This document shows, piece after piece, positions 1 to 10,175 of a DNA stretch of 64,000 bases. The stretch is taken from positions 7,276-71,275 of the forward strand of contig JBGALW010000001.1 in the NCBI GenBank assembly GCA_044223585.1, written 5' to 3'. Source of the DNA: Amaricoccus sp. GTDB lineage: Bacteria > Pseudomonadota > Alphaproteobacteria > Rhodobacterales > Rhodobacteraceae. Every line of letters begins with the position of its first letter. Position 1 is the stretch's first letter. Below the pieces are notes generated by a model. That model was not told where the DNA came from and searched no databases. It saw nothing but the letters and a program-made list of their open reading frames with translations. Made by a program: the position numbers and the translations under genes.

Positions 1-1
1 A

Positions 2-634
2 CGGCTCTCCGAGGCCTTGAAGCAGGACCTGCGGGCGGTCCGCCGGGGCGCCCGTCAGCATGCGGCTCTGCGGCAGCCCGACCTCCTGCTCGACATGCTC
101 GCCTTCCACCTGCATCTGGCTGTCGGCGGCCGGGCGTTCTCCCTGCACCGCTACGCGGTGAATGTGACGCCGACGACGGAGACCGGCTATGCCCCCGATC
201 CGCGACTGCTCGACACCGAGGCCGGGCGCAGCAACGCCACCGACCTCGCCAAGGCGTTCCGGGCGTTCCGCAAGCGCGGACCTGAGCATGTCCGCGAGGT
301 GCTGACGCTGGAGCTGGCGCGGCTGCTCGACCCGTCCGACTATGGCAACGACATGCTCGCCCCGGTCTTCGACAAGCTCGCGAAGGTCAGCCCGCGCGAC
401 GTCTGGACCCCGACCGCGGAGAACTTCTTCAAGCGCGCGCCCGGCGCCTATCTCGACGCTCTGTGGTGCGAGCTGCGCGGCATCGAGCCCGACAGCACCG
501 AAGCCCGCACCTTCGCCAAGGGGAAGAAGGGAGAGAAGTGCGCCCGCCTCGAAACCCTGTTCCTGCCCGACACCGAGATGCCGGCCGAACAACGCGCCCG
601 CGTGGCGGCATGGCTCCCGCCGGAGATGTTCTGA
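2..634 (+). CDS. C-terminal part of a plasmid ParB/RepB/Spo0J-like protein (5'-truncated by the window)
   Basis: Frame is open from the window start. The C-terminus (WTPTAENFFKR...GKKGEK...WLPPEMF) resembles the tail of long plasmid leading-region ParB-like proteins. Confidence 0.6.
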   Translation, partial: RLSEALKQDLRAVRRGARQHAALRQPDLLLDMLAFHLHLAVGGRAFSLHRYAVNVTPTTETGYAPDPRLLDTEAGRSNATDLAKAFRAFRKRGPEHVREVLTLELARLLDPSDYGNDMLAPVFDKLAKVSPRDVWTPTAENFFKRAPGAYLDALWCELRGIEPDSTEARTFAKGKKGEKCARLETLFLPDTEMPAEQRARVAAWLPPEMF

Positions 635-704
635 AACCGGCGGCCGGCGGGCAGCATCCCGCCGGCCGATCCCCTGCCCCAAGGGTCCGAGGAGCTCGCC
701 GTCG

Positions 705-930
705 ATGACAGATTTCACCGCCTGGTCGCATCCGGTCCTCGCCGTCGCCTGCCCGAGCTGCGGCCGGAGGGCCGGCGCCCTATGCCGCCGGCCCTCCGGC
801 CACAAGGCCGCCGACTTCCATGCCCGCCGCAAGGCCGAGGCCGATCGGCGCCGACGCCAGCATCGAGCGGACCGTCGACGGGTGGCGGATCGACCCACAG
901 GGTCGGCTTCGGAAGGACGAAGTGTCCTGA
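705..930 (+). pseudogene. Small zinc-finger protein (CPSC...C...H), frameshifted
   Basis: GGAG RBS, then ATG705 gives MTDFTAWSHPVLAVACPSCGRRAGALCRRPSGHKAADFHARRKAEADRR. A plausible C-terminus DASIERTVDGWRIDPQGRLRKDEVS* continues in another frame to TGA930. Confidence 0.5.
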
Positions 931-1065
931 GACTGTCGCAGGCGGCGCTTCGCTCCGCGCCGCCTGTTGCCCTCGCGTCGGTAAGGCTTAGGCTTCCGAT
1001 CGCGCGCCGGCCCTTGGTCATCCCCCCGACCGGGCGGGGCCGACCCTTTCCTCGTGGTGGAGGTA

Positions 1066-1100
1066 AAACTCGCCCCGCCTTGCGGCGGGGCGTTCTTTTT
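1066..1100. terminator. Bidirectional rho-independent terminator-like hairpin
   Basis: AAAACT-CGCCCCGCC-TTGC-GGCGGGGCG-TTCTTTTT between convergent genes. Confidence 0.55.
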
Positions 1101-1182
1101 CTGAAACAGTATGTTGCAGGCGTTTTATGCGAATGGCGGCGAGGACACGGGGCTCAGGAGCTTCGCTTTGCCGCAGCGTCCG

Positions 1183-1566
1183 TCAGGCACGGATCATCTG
1201 ACCCCGGCGCTGGCTCCACCGCTCGAGGAGCAAGGCGCGCTCAAACACGTCCGCCTGCTTGAACCTCTGGTAGCGGTCGGCCGCGAGCCGGGCGACCAGG
1301 TCGGCCCGGACCCTTTCGCGAAAGTCCTCGGGTTCTGCCTCGATCGCCTTCAGAGCGGCGTCGAGGCCCTTGTAGCCGTGGTGCCAGATCATCGCCTCGG
1401 CCGTGACCACGGCGCTTCGGTACTGCCGCAGCCGCTCGATCGCGATGCGGCACCTCTCCAGGAATGTCTGCGACACGCCCCGCCCCCCGATAAGTCCCCG
1501 GGCGACGATCGGTCGACTCGGGCCCGCGGTGCAACGGTGGCGAGCGCTCTTGGTGAAGCGCGTCAC
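1183..1566 (-). CDS. Hypothetical protein (start uncertain)
   Basis: A GTG start overlaps the mgtC stop (GTGA). The C-terminal half looks helical and charged. Confidence 0.4.
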   Translation of the reverse strand: MTRFTKSARHRCTAGPSRPIVARGLIGGRGVSQTFLERCRIAIERLRQYRSAVVTAEAMIWHHGYKGLDAALKAIEAEPEDFRERVRADLVARLAADRYQRFKQADVFERALLLERWSQRRGQMIRA

Positions 1567-2006
1567 GGCTCCTGCTTCTCCTCGCGGACCTCGTCCGGGA
1601 AGCTGTCGGCGACGAAGAGAATGAGGGCGGTGATCGCGCCGGCGACCAAGCCGAGCGGCCAGTAGGAGGTGGCGATCGCCAGTCCGAGCGCGCCGGTGAT
1701 CCAGATCGCCGCCGCGGCCTTGATGCCCTTCACGTCGAAACCGCTCCTGAAGATCACCGCGCCGCCGAGGAATCCGATCCCGGAGAGGAAGCCCTGCAGC
1801 GTCCGGCTGACCGACGCCGGGTCGATTTCGGCGAGATGGCGCGCGAGCAGCATGTAGGTCGTGCTGCCGATGCTGATCAGCATCATGCCGGCGATGCCGA
1901 TCGCCTTGTGATGAACCCGGCGCTCGAAGCCGATGACGGCGCCGAGGACCCCCGCCGCGCAGAGACGGAGGAAGATGTCGAGCGCCTCGAGTTGCACGTC
2001 CCGCAT
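1563..2006 (-). CDS. mgtC: MgtC/SapB family membrane protein
   Basis: LGAVIGFERR, GIGFLGGAVIF and AAAIWITGALGLA motifs; hydrophobic throughout. Confidence 0.85.
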   Translation of the reverse strand: MRDVQLEALDIFLRLCAAGVLGAVIGFERRVHHKAIGIAGMMLISIGSTTYMLLARHLAEIDPASVSRTLQGFLSGIGFLGGAVIFRSGFDVKGIKAAAAIWITGALGLAIATSYWPLGLVAGAITALILFVADSFPDEVREEKQEP

Positions 2007-2142
2007 CCCACGGCTCCCGGCGTACGTCCGTCATCGGGCAACTGCCTAGCGCCACTGCCGTTCCGGGCGCTCTCCGAGGTGAGGTCTCCCGCGATCGACC
2101 TCTGATCGACCGCGGCTCAAGCCTCCGACGGATCGCCGAGCT

Positions 2143-2607
2143 TCAGGCGACCGCCTTCTTCCTGCTCCGCCTCTTCGGGGCCGCCGCGGGCTCAGGCGCG
2201 CGCGGCTTGCGGCCAAGGCCGATCTTCTTGGCGAGCTCCTGGCGCTTTGCCGCGTAGGTCGGAGCGACCATCGGGTAGTCCGGCTTCAGGCCCCACCTCG
2301 CCCGGTACTCCTCGGGCGTCATGCCGTAGGCGGTCATCAGGTGCCGCTTCAGCATCTTCAGCTTCTTCCCATCCTCGAGGCAGACGATGTAGTCGTCGGT
2401 CACGGAGCGCTTGATCGGCACCGCCGGCGTCAGGGTTTCGGGGAGTGGCTTCTCGTCGGTCGAGAGCTCGGTGAGCTTGGCGAAGACCGCGCCGATCACA
2501 TCTGGCACGGTCCCGGTGTCGAGGGCGTTGTTCCCGACATAGGCCGAGACGATGTCGGCCGTGAGGGCGAGAAGCTCGTTGCGGTCGATCGAAGTCTCGT
2601 TGTCCAT
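2143..2607 (-). CDS. mucR: MucR/Ros family transcriptional regulator
   Basis: LTADIVSAYVGNN, PAVPIKRSVTDDYIVCLEDGKKLKMLKRHL and YRARWGLKPDYPMVAP. Confidence 0.92.
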   Translation of the reverse strand: MDNETSIDRNELLALTADIVSAYVGNNALDTGTVPDVIGAVFAKLTELSTDEKPLPETLTPAVPIKRSVTDDYIVCLEDGKKLKMLKRHLMTAYGMTPEEYRARWGLKPDYPMVAPTYAAKRQELAKKIGLGRKPRAPEPAAAPKRRSRKKAVA

Positions 2608-2881
2608 CGCTTTCCTGCTCGTCGCGTCGCCTCTAGCCCTACGCTCTTGCCGGTAAGTCGAGATGTCCATCGGAGCAATAGAACAATTCTGCTGATGAAC
2701 CTCTTTCCGGAGTCGCGCCTCTGGCACGGGGCGCCGCGGCAGGACTGTTCGGGGGCTGGAGCCTCGCAGCACGAACTCAGCCCACGCAAAATGTGGGTTC
2801 GAGGCATGGCCTCCAGGATCAGTATCCCCGATAAACGTATCAAAACGCAAAAGGCAGCCGCAGCGCTCGTCGGGCAGGGAC

Positions 2882-4438
2882 ATGACGGAAGATCAGAAAA
2901 AGCTGCTGGAAACCCAGCTCTGGAACATCGCGAACACGCTGCGCGGCAAAATGCATGCCGACGAGTTCCGCGACTACATCCTCGGCTTCATCTTCTTCAA
3001 GTACCTTTCCGAGCGCCTGCACGCCTACGCCAACGGCATCCTGGCGCAGGACGGCATCGAGTTTTCCACCATCGACGAGACCTCGCCCGAGGGTCAGGAG
3101 ATCCTTGCGGCCGTGCGAGAGGAGACGCTCGATGCCCTCGGCTACTTTCTCGCCCCCTCGGAGCTCTTCACCGCGATCGCGAAGAAAGGCGAGCAGAAGG
3201 GCGCGTTCATCATCGGCGAGCTGAGGACCATCCTCGGCAACATCGAGCGTTCGACCATGGGCGCCGAGAGCGAAGGCGACTTCGATCACCTGTTCGAGGA
3301 TCTCGACCTCGACAGCACCAAGCTCGGCCGCACCGTCGCCGCCCGAAACGAGATCATCGCCCGGGTGCTGACGCATCTCGACGCCATCGACTTCAGCGTC
3401 GACGACGTGGAGGCCGACATCCTCGGCGACGCCTACGAATACCTGATCGGCCAGTTCGCCAGCGGCGCCGGCAAGAAGGCCGGCGAATTCTACACGCCGC
3501 AGGCCGTGTCCACGCTGCTGGCCCGCATCGTTACCATCGGCAAGACCCGGCTGAAGTCTGTCTACGACCCGACTTGCGGCTCGGGCTCCCTGCTGCTGCG
3601 GGTCAAGCGCGAGGTCAAGGAGGTCGGCGACTTCTACGGCCAGGAGCAGAACCGGACGACCTACAATCTCGCCCGGATGAATATGATCCTCCACGGCGTC
3701 CACTATCGGAACTTCGACCTGAAGCAGGAGGATACGCTGGAGCACCCCCAGCACGAGGGGATGCTCTTCGAGGCCATCGTCGCCAATCCGCCCTTCTCGG
3801 CGAAATGGTCGGCGAAGGAGATGCTGAAGAACGACGACCGCTATGCGCCCTACGGCAAGCTCGCACCGGCCTCGAAGGCCGACTATGCCTTCGTCACCCA
3901 CATGCTCCACCACCTCGACGAGAACGGCGCGATGGCCATCGTCCTGCCGCACGGGCCGCTCTTCCGCGGCGGCGCCGAAGGCACGATCCGCGAGTTCATC
4001 GTCCGCGAGAAGAACTGGCTCGACGCGGTCGTCGGCCTGCCCGAGAACATCTTCTACGGCACCGGCATTCCGACCTGCATCATGGTCTTCAAGAAGTGCC
4101 GCGAGGTCGACGACGTGCTCTTCGTTGACGCCTCCGGCTGCTTCGCCAAGGGAAAGAACCAGAACGTCCTCGCGCCGGTGCACATCGACCGTATCTTCGA
4201 CGCCTTCAGCCAGCGCGGCGAGGAGGACCGCTTCAGCCGTCGGGTGCCGCGGCAGGAGATCGCGAACAACGGCTACAACCTGAACATCCCCCGCTACATC
4301 AACACCTATGTCGCACCGCCGGACATCGACCTCGCCGCCTTGGCTCGCGACCTGCGGCGCATCGAGACGGACATGGCGGCGGTTGACGCCGACATCCGCC
4401 GCTTCTGCGCCGAGCTCGGTCTGGAGTCCCCGGTATGA
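2882..4438 (+). CDS. hsdM: Type I restriction-modification methyltransferase subunit M
   Basis: GEFYTP, YDPTCGSGSLL (SAM binding), NPPF catalytic motif, YNLNIPRY. Confidence 0.95.
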   Translation: MTEDQKKLLETQLWNIANTLRGKMHADEFRDYILGFIFFKYLSERLHAYANGILAQDGIEFSTIDETSPEGQEILAAVREETLDALGYFLAPSELFTAIAKKGEQKGAFIIGELRTILGNIERSTMGAESEGDFDHLFEDLDLDSTKLGRTVAARNEIIARVLTHLDAIDFSVDDVEADILGDAYEYLIGQFASGAGKKAGEFYTPQAVSTLLARIVTIGKTRLKSVYDPTCGSGSLLLRVKREVKEVGDFYGQEQNRTTYNLARMNMILHGVHYRNFDLKQEDTLEHPQHEGMLFEAIVANPPFSAKWSAKEMLKNDDRYAPYGKLAPASKADYAFVTHMLHHLDENGAMAIVLPHGPLFRGGAEGTIREFIVREKNWLDAVVGLPENIFYGTGIPTCIMVFKKCREVDDVLFVDASGCFAKGKNQNVLAPVHIDRIFDAFSQRGEEDRFSRRVPRQEIANNGYNLNIPRYINTYVAPPDIDLAALARDLRRIETDMAAVDADIRRFCAELGLESPV

Positions 4439-5631
4439 GCGAGGCGACGCCGAAGCTGCGGTTTCCGGGGTTCCAGCAGCCCTGGAAGCCGGTCCATGCC
4501 GGGGATGCCTTCCGCAGCAGCCGCGCGCGGGGTCGAGGTGGGCTGCCGATCTATTCCGTCACCCTCGACCGTGGCTTGGTGCCGCGCTCTTCGCTCGACC
4601 GTCATATGGCCGCGGATGCCGCCGACGAGCAGAACCTGCGCGCCCAGCCCGGAGATCTCGTCTACAACACGATGCGGATGTGGCAGGGCGCCGTCGGCCG
4701 TGCCGAGGTCGAATGCATGGTCAGCCCGGCCTATGTCGTGCTCTCCCCGAAGAAGGGCGTCTCCTCGGCCTTCTTCGACTACTGGTTCCAGCATCCTCGG
4801 ATGCGGCACCTCTTGGGGGCATACTCGCATGGCCTGACAAGCGATCGGCTTCGACTCTACCCGGATGATTTCGCGGAGATCCCGATATCGCTGCCCGACC
4901 TGGCGGAGCAGGAACGGATCGCGGACGCCATTCAGTCCGTAGACCGCAAGATCGAGCTGCTGCAGGAGGAGAGAGACGCTCTCCAGACCTACAAGCTCGG
5001 GCTGCTGGATCGCCTGTTCAGCCGGGAGGTTTGCTTCCAGCGCGACGACGGCGCGGCATTCCCGGACTGGGAAACTGCCAGGCTCGGCCGGATCGCCTCC
5101 TTTTCCAAGGGCCGCGGGATCTCCAAGGCCGACATCGACCCGAGCGGATCGACGCCGTGCATCCGCTACGGCGAGATCTATACCGCCTATGGCGAGCAAA
5201 TTCTCTCGGCCATCTCGCGGACTTCAGTCCCGACGGAAGACCTGCTCCTGAGCAGGAAGGGCGACATCATCATTCCTGCATCCGGCGAGACGGCCGTCGA
5301 TATGGCTCGCGCGTGTTGCGTGATGATCGATGGCGTGGCGATCGGCAGTGACATCAACATTCTGCGGACCGACCTCCACGGCCCCTATCTCGCGTATTTC
5401 CTCACCCATGCCAGAAAGCGCGAGATCGCAAGGCTGGCCCAAGGGCACGCGGTGGTTCACCTCAACGCAGAGCACCTCAAGACGATTGACGTTCTCGTCC
5501 CGCACATCGACGAACAAGAGAGGATCGCTTCTTGCATCGCGGCGCTGGATGCGAAGATTCAGGTAGTGTCGGCCGTTATTGACGCGGTTGATCATTTCCG
5601 TCGCGGGCTGATCCAAGGGCTTTTCCCATGA
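4435..5631 (+). CDS. hsdS: Type I restriction-modification specificity subunit S
   Basis: N-terminal PKLRFPGF, two TRDs each followed by an EQERIA helix; ATGA-type overlaps with neighbouring genes. Confidence 0.92.
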   Translation: MSEATPKLRFPGFQQPWKPVHAGDAFRSSRARGRGGLPIYSVTLDRGLVPRSSLDRHMAADAADEQNLRAQPGDLVYNTMRMWQGAVGRAEVECMVSPAYVVLSPKKGVSSAFFDYWFQHPRMRHLLGAYSHGLTSDRLRLYPDDFAEIPISLPDLAEQERIADAIQSVDRKIELLQEERDALQTYKLGLLDRLFSREVCFQRDDGAAFPDWETARLGRIASFSKGRGISKADIDPSGSTPCIRYGEIYTAYGEQILSAISRTSVPTEDLLLSRKGDIIIPASGETAVDMARACCVMIDGVAIGSDINILRTDLHGPYLAYFLTHARKREIARLAQGHAVVHLNAEHLKTIDVLVPHIDEQERIASCIAALDAKIQVVSAVIDAVDHFRRGLIQGLFP

Positions 5632-8555
5632 CCGAGCCGATCCAGACCGAAGCCCAGCTTGAAGCCGCCCTGATCGAGCGGCTCGCCGCCATGGGCTGGG
5701 CGCCCGTCACCCTGCCCAACGAAGCCGCGCTCTGGGCGAACCTGCGGGCCGAGCTCGGCGCGCACAACCAGACCAGCTTCAGCGAGGCCGAGTTCGCCCT
5801 GATCCGCCACCATCTTGAAGCAGGCACGCCGTTCGAGAAGGCGAAGACCCTGCGCGACCGCTTCCACCTGGAACGCGACGACGGGTCGTCCTTCTACGTC
5901 GAGTTCTTCAACTCCGAGTTCTGGTGCCGCAACCGCTACCAGGTGGCCACCCAGATCGGCATCGAAGGGCGGCGCAAGAACCGCTACGACGTCACGCTCC
6001 TCGTCAACGGCCTGCCGCTGGCGCAGGTCGAGCTGAAGCGCCGCGGGGTGGAGTTGAAGGCCGCCTTCAACCAGATCAACCGCTATCAGCGCGACAGCTT
6101 CCAGGCCGCCGGCGGGCTGTTCCAGTATGTCCAGGTCTTCGTGACCTCGAACGGCGTGAACACCCGCTTCTACGCCAACAACCGCCGCCAGACCTTCAAG
6201 CAGACCTTCGCCTGGGCGGATCGCGACAACCAGCCGATCAACCGGCTCGACGCCTTCGCCGACGCCTTCCTGGAGAAGTGCCAGCTCAGCAAGATGATTG
6301 CCCGCTACGTGGTCAGCCACGAGAGCGACAAGGTCATGATGATCCTGCGGTCGTATCAGTATTACGCCGCCGAAGCGATCACCGAGCGGGTGCAGAAGGG
6401 ACGCACCAACGGCTACATCTGGCACACGACCGGGTCCGGCAAGACGCTGACAAGCTTCAAGGCGGCACAGAACCTCGTCGTGATCCCGAAGGTCGAGAAG
6501 GTGGTGTTCGTCGTCGACCGCGCCGATCTCGACTATCAGACGACGAAGGAGTTCAACCACTTCGTCCCCGGATCCGTCGATGGCACCGACAACACCCGCG
6601 AGCTGGTTGCGCAGATGAACGACCCGACGAAGAAGCTCGTGATCACGACCATCCAGAAGCTCAACACCGCCGTCTCCGGCGGGCGCTTCGCTCCCACCAT
6701 GGAGGGCATCCGGCAAGGCCGCGTCGTCTTCATCTTCGACGAATGCCACCGGTCGCAGTTCGGCGACGCGCATCGCCGGATCCGGGCGTTCTTCCCCAGC
6801 GCGCAGATGTTCGGCTTCACCGGCACGCCGATCTTCGCCGATAACGCCGTCGGGATGCGCACGACGCGCGACCTCTTCGACGAATGCCTGCACCGCTACG
6901 TCATCACCGACGCGATCCGCGACGAGAATGTGCTGCGCTTCTCCGTCGAGTATCTCGGGCCGCAGCGCCCGGAGACCGAGGCGAGCGGCGACGTGGCGCA
7001 AGATCGTCGCCGTCGGGCTGAGCAGGACCGCCTGCTGACCTCGGCCGAGTTCTACGACCGGCCCGCCCGGCTCGCCGCCGTCACCGACTGGATCGTCGAG
7101 AACCACGACCGCAAAACCCGGGGCCGGCAGTTCGGCGCGATCATGGCGGTCAGCTCGGTGGATGCCCTCATCGCCTACTACGAGGCCTTCGAGGCCGCGC
7201 GGCAGGCGGGGCGCCACGACCTCAAGGTCGCGACGATCTTCACCTATGCCGCCAACGAGGACGACCCCGAGGCCAACGGCCTGATCCCCGACACCCGCTT
7301 CCCCGAGGGCGCGCCGTCGCCGGACCAGCTCCCGAAGCGCGACGCGCTCGCCGGCTTCGTGAAGGACTACAATACCCGCTTCGGTGCCAACGAGAGCGTC
7401 GCCGACGGCCGCGGCTTCTACGCCTACTACAAGGCGCTGGCGAAGCGCGTGAAGGATCGCGACCGGACGCCCTTCGATCCGGCACAGGGCGTTGACATCC
7501 TCCTCGTCGTGAACATGTTCCTGACCGGCTTCGACGCGAAGACGGTGAACACGCTCTACGTCGACAAGAACCTCCGCTATCACGGCCTAATCCAGGCCTT
7601 CTCGCGCACCAACCGCGTGCTGGGCGCCGAGAAGTCGCACGGGAACATCGTCTGCTTCCGCGACCTCAAGGAGCGCACCGACGAGGCCATCGCCCTCTTC
7701 GCCGACAAGAACGCCCGCGAAGTCGTTCTCATAGGCACCTACGAGGAGCATCTCGCTCGCTTCTCGGCGGCGCTAGTAACCCTCAAGGCGATCGTGGCGA
7801 CGCCGGACGATGTCGATGGCCTGCCCGACGAGGAGTCCAAGGCGGCCTTCGTCCGCGCCTTCCGCGACCTGATCCGCATCCGCAACGTGCTCGCAAGCTT
7901 CTCGGAGTTCGAACCAGCCGCGCTCCCGATCGCACCTCAGGAGTTCGAAGACTACAAGAGCAAGTATCTTGATCTCGCGCAGGGGATGACCGGACCAGGC
8001 GAAGGTGGTGAGGGCGAAGGTCCTGCGCCATCTCACCTTGAAGGGATCGACTTCGAGCTCGAGCTAATCCGGCGCGACGAAATCAACGTAGCCTACATCC
8101 TGTCGCTTCTTGCGTCGCTGAACGAGGTCGCGGATGGCGGCGGTGCGGGCAGCGCGCGAGCCGCCACCCAACGACGCCGGATTTTCGAGATCCTCGCCGC
8201 CGAACCATCGTTACGAAACAAGCGCGACCTGATCGAGCGCTTCATCGACCAGCGGATGCCCATGCTTGGCCCAGACGACGACGTCCGGGCGGCGTTCGCC
8301 AACTTCTGGAACATCGAGCGGGCAGAGGCCTATGCCCACCTCTCTGCACGGGAGAACCTTGATCCGGCCGGCGTAGAAAAGCTCGTCCGATCCATCGTTT
8401 TCACCGGTAAGAGACCACTTGCTGACGCAGTCGTCGAGACGATGCGTCAGAAACCCGGCATCCTCGCGCGCCGAAGCGCGATTGAGCGCATAGTGGCCGG
8501 GATCGAAGCGATCATCGCCACCTTTGACCAGGATATCGGTGACCTTGGAGAGTAG
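5628..8555 (+). CDS. hsdR: Type I restriction endonuclease subunit R
   Basis: DVTLLVNGLPLAQVELK nuclease motif, HTTGSGKT Walker A, DECHRSQFG, FTGTP, LIQAFSRTNR. Confidence 0.95.
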   Translation: MTEPIQTEAQLEAALIERLAAMGWAPVTLPNEAALWANLRAELGAHNQTSFSEAEFALIRHHLEAGTPFEKAKTLRDRFHLERDDGSSFYVEFFNSEFWCRNRYQVATQIGIEGRRKNRYDVTLLVNGLPLAQVELKRRGVELKAAFNQINRYQRDSFQAAGGLFQYVQVFVTSNGVNTRFYANNRRQTFKQTFAWADRDNQPINRLDAFADAFLEKCQLSKMIARYVVSHESDKVMMILRSYQYYAAEAITERVQKGRTNGYIWHTTGSGKTLTSFKAAQNLVVIPKVEKVVFVVDRADLDYQTTKEFNHFVPGSVDGTDNTRELVAQMNDPTKKLVITTIQKLNTAVSGGRFAPTMEGIRQGRVVFIFDECHRSQFGDAHRRIRAFFPSAQMFGFTGTPIFADNAVGMRTTRDLFDECLHRYVITDAIRDENVLRFSVEYLGPQRPETEASGDVAQDRRRRAEQDRLLTSAEFYDRPARLAAVTDWIVENHDRKTRGRQFGAIMAVSSVDALIAYYEAFEAARQAGRHDLKVATIFTYAANEDDPEANGLIPDTRFPEGAPSPDQLPKRDALAGFVKDYNTRFGANESVADGRGFYAYYKALAKRVKDRDRTPFDPAQGVDILLVVNMFLTGFDAKTVNTLYVDKNLRYHGLIQAFSRTNRVLGAEKSHGNIVCFRDLKERTDEAIALFADKNAREVVLIGTYEEHLARFSAALVTLKAIVATPDDVDGLPDEESKAAFVRAFRDLIRIRNVLASFSEFEPAALPIAPQEFEDYKSKYLDLAQGMTGPGEGGEGEGPAPSHLEGIDFELELIRRDEINVAYILSLLASLNEVADGGGAGSARAATQRRRIFEILAAEPSLRNKRDLIERFIDQRMPMLGPDDDVRAAFANFWNIERAEAYAHLSARENLDPAGVEKLVRSIVFTGKRPLADAVVETMRQKPGILARRSAIERIVAGIEAIIATFDQDIGDLGE

Positions 8556-8661
8556 TATTATGGGCCGTCGCCGCTTCTATTTGCTCGTCCGCGACTTTAG
8601 CAGACCAAGTCTGCACATCTTGGCGGGTCTGGCCGTTCTTGTGTAAGATCACGCTACGCTA

Positions 8662-9726
8662 TCAGGACTGTCCGGCGTCCGGGCGAGGGCTGAGGGGCAG
8701 AGGACATGGGACGTAGGCGGCCGCCGGAACTGTCAGAAAAGCCGAGTGAAGATGATGGCCCACGGCGTCAGCATGCGCTCGCGCGGCCCGTGGCAGTTCC
8801 CGGACTGCGCGCCGTGTATCATCGAGGCCGATCGTGTTGTCCGACTCTGGAACGTCAATTCGGTGGACGTTCTGCCGGCCGACCAACAAGAAGGCCTGTC
8901 CCAGCGAGTCCTTGGATTGGGCGCGGCTTGCGGCATAGTAGGGACGAAGCGAGCCCCATCGGATCCATCCACCACGCCGCGATCGCTCGTCGATGGTGAA
9001 CGTCTCCTGGCCGGTACCGATGCTGAGGATCCGTATGTCCTCCCGCGCGACGTCGAAGCATGCGAGGGCATCGACGAGGGCATTCATGACCGGGGTATTG
9101 GCCCAGAGGCCGCCGTCCAGCATGACATAGCCAGCGTCGAGTACGCCCGGGTAGTAGAAGGGAGCCGCCGAGGTGTGGAGCGCCACATCGACCATCCGCT
9201 TGTGACGGTCCTTCTTGTAGTCCGGGTGGTGCGGCGTCTTGTAGATGAACGGCTCGCCGTGACACCCGTCGAAGCTGGGGATCACGAGGCGCGATTGAGC
9301 ATCGCCAAGGTGGGCTTCCCCGAAGATGCGGAGCAACTCGTCCCGAAGGCAGTTCTGATCGTGAACGGGTCTACCGGCAGAGCGGATGAAGCGCCATAGC
9401 CGACCAAGGCGGCCGGCGTGCGGAAAGATGCGCTCGCCGCGATCGACATAGATGTCGAGGACCTCTTGCGCGGTCAGCCCATGCGCTAAGGCAAGCGCAA
9501 TGATCCCGCCGGTCGACGTGCCGGCGATCATGTCAAAGTAGTAGCCGATGGATTGCCCGTTCAGGAAGCGCCGCTCGATTTCGGCGAGGAAGGCGGCGGG
9601 GAAGATGCCGCGAATGCCCCCGCCATCAATCGCCAGAATCCGGAACGGCCGACCCGGATCCCATGGCTGCTTCAGCCGCGTGGTCTGAATGGTGCCGTTC
9701 GATCGGGGCGGAGGAATATAGGTCAT
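8662..9726 (-). CDS. capV: CBASS patatin-like phospholipase effector (CapV-like)
   Basis: DGGGIRG, GTSTG nucleophile elbow, DGGLWAN; third gene of the CD-NTase operon. Confidence 0.88.
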   Translation of the reverse strand: MTYIPPPRSNGTIQTTRLKQPWDPGRPFRILAIDGGGIRGIFPAAFLAEIERRFLNGQSIGYYFDMIAGTSTGGIIALALAHGLTAQEVLDIYVDRGERIFPHAGRLGRLWRFIRSAGRPVHDQNCLRDELLRIFGEAHLGDAQSRLVIPSFDGCHGEPFIYKTPHHPDYKKDRHKRMVDVALHTSAAPFYYPGVLDAGYVMLDGGLWANTPVMNALVDALACFDVAREDIRILSIGTGQETFTIDERSRRGGWIRWGSLRPYYAASRAQSKDSLGQAFLLVGRQNVHRIDVPESDNTIGLDDTRRAVRELPRAARAHADAVGHHLHSAFLTVPAAAYVPCPLPLSPRPDAGQS

Positions 9727-10175
9727 CGAGTTAGTCCCGAGAGTGAGCGTGGAAGGGGATCGGCATGACGGCCACCGCCGACCCAACGTCCCGTCATGAG
9801 CCAAAACTCGTAGCAGGCGAGCCATTTGACGGACCATGGAAGGATCGTTTCGGCGATCCGGAGGTGAGGGTCCCATTCATTGGCGGCGGGATCAAAGAGA
9901 CATAGGGTGGGGTCTTCGACCGGTCGGTAGACGTGAGGAAGCGCGCCCCCTGGATTGCCAGGCTGCCGTACCAAGGTCGGAGACAGGACGCGGACTTCCG
10001 GGTTGCCCCAGACGCGGTAGCGAAGTTCAAGCCGGTAGGAGGTGAACTGCGGTTGGACTTGGCCGACCCAACTGGCTGCCTCCTGGTCACGGTCGATGTC
10101 GCAGGCCCGCATGCTTGGCCACCACCGGCGCATGTCGGCGATCTGCTCGTCGATCGTCAGCGGTGGCCGCACCAT
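9723..10175 (-). CDS. Prokaryotic E2-like protein of a short type II CBASS
   Basis: LPHVY...LCLFDP...W...IAETILPWSVKWLACYEFWLMTGRWVGGGRH pattern; TGATG overlap with the CD-NTase stop. Confidence 0.82.
   Translation of the reverse strand: MVRPPLTIDEQIADMRRWWPSMRACDIDRDQEAASWVGQVQPQFTSYRLELRYRVWGNPEVRVLSPTLVRQPGNPGGALPHVYRPVEDPTLCLFDPAANEWDPHLRIAETILPWSVKWLACYEFWLMTGRWVGGGRHADPLPRSLSGLTR

Noticed and set aside
2341-7583. Long alternative-frame and antisense ORFs over hsdMSR (and similar ones across the window)
   Set aside because: They are shadow ORFs expected in high-GC DNA, lack motifs and overlap well-supported genes.
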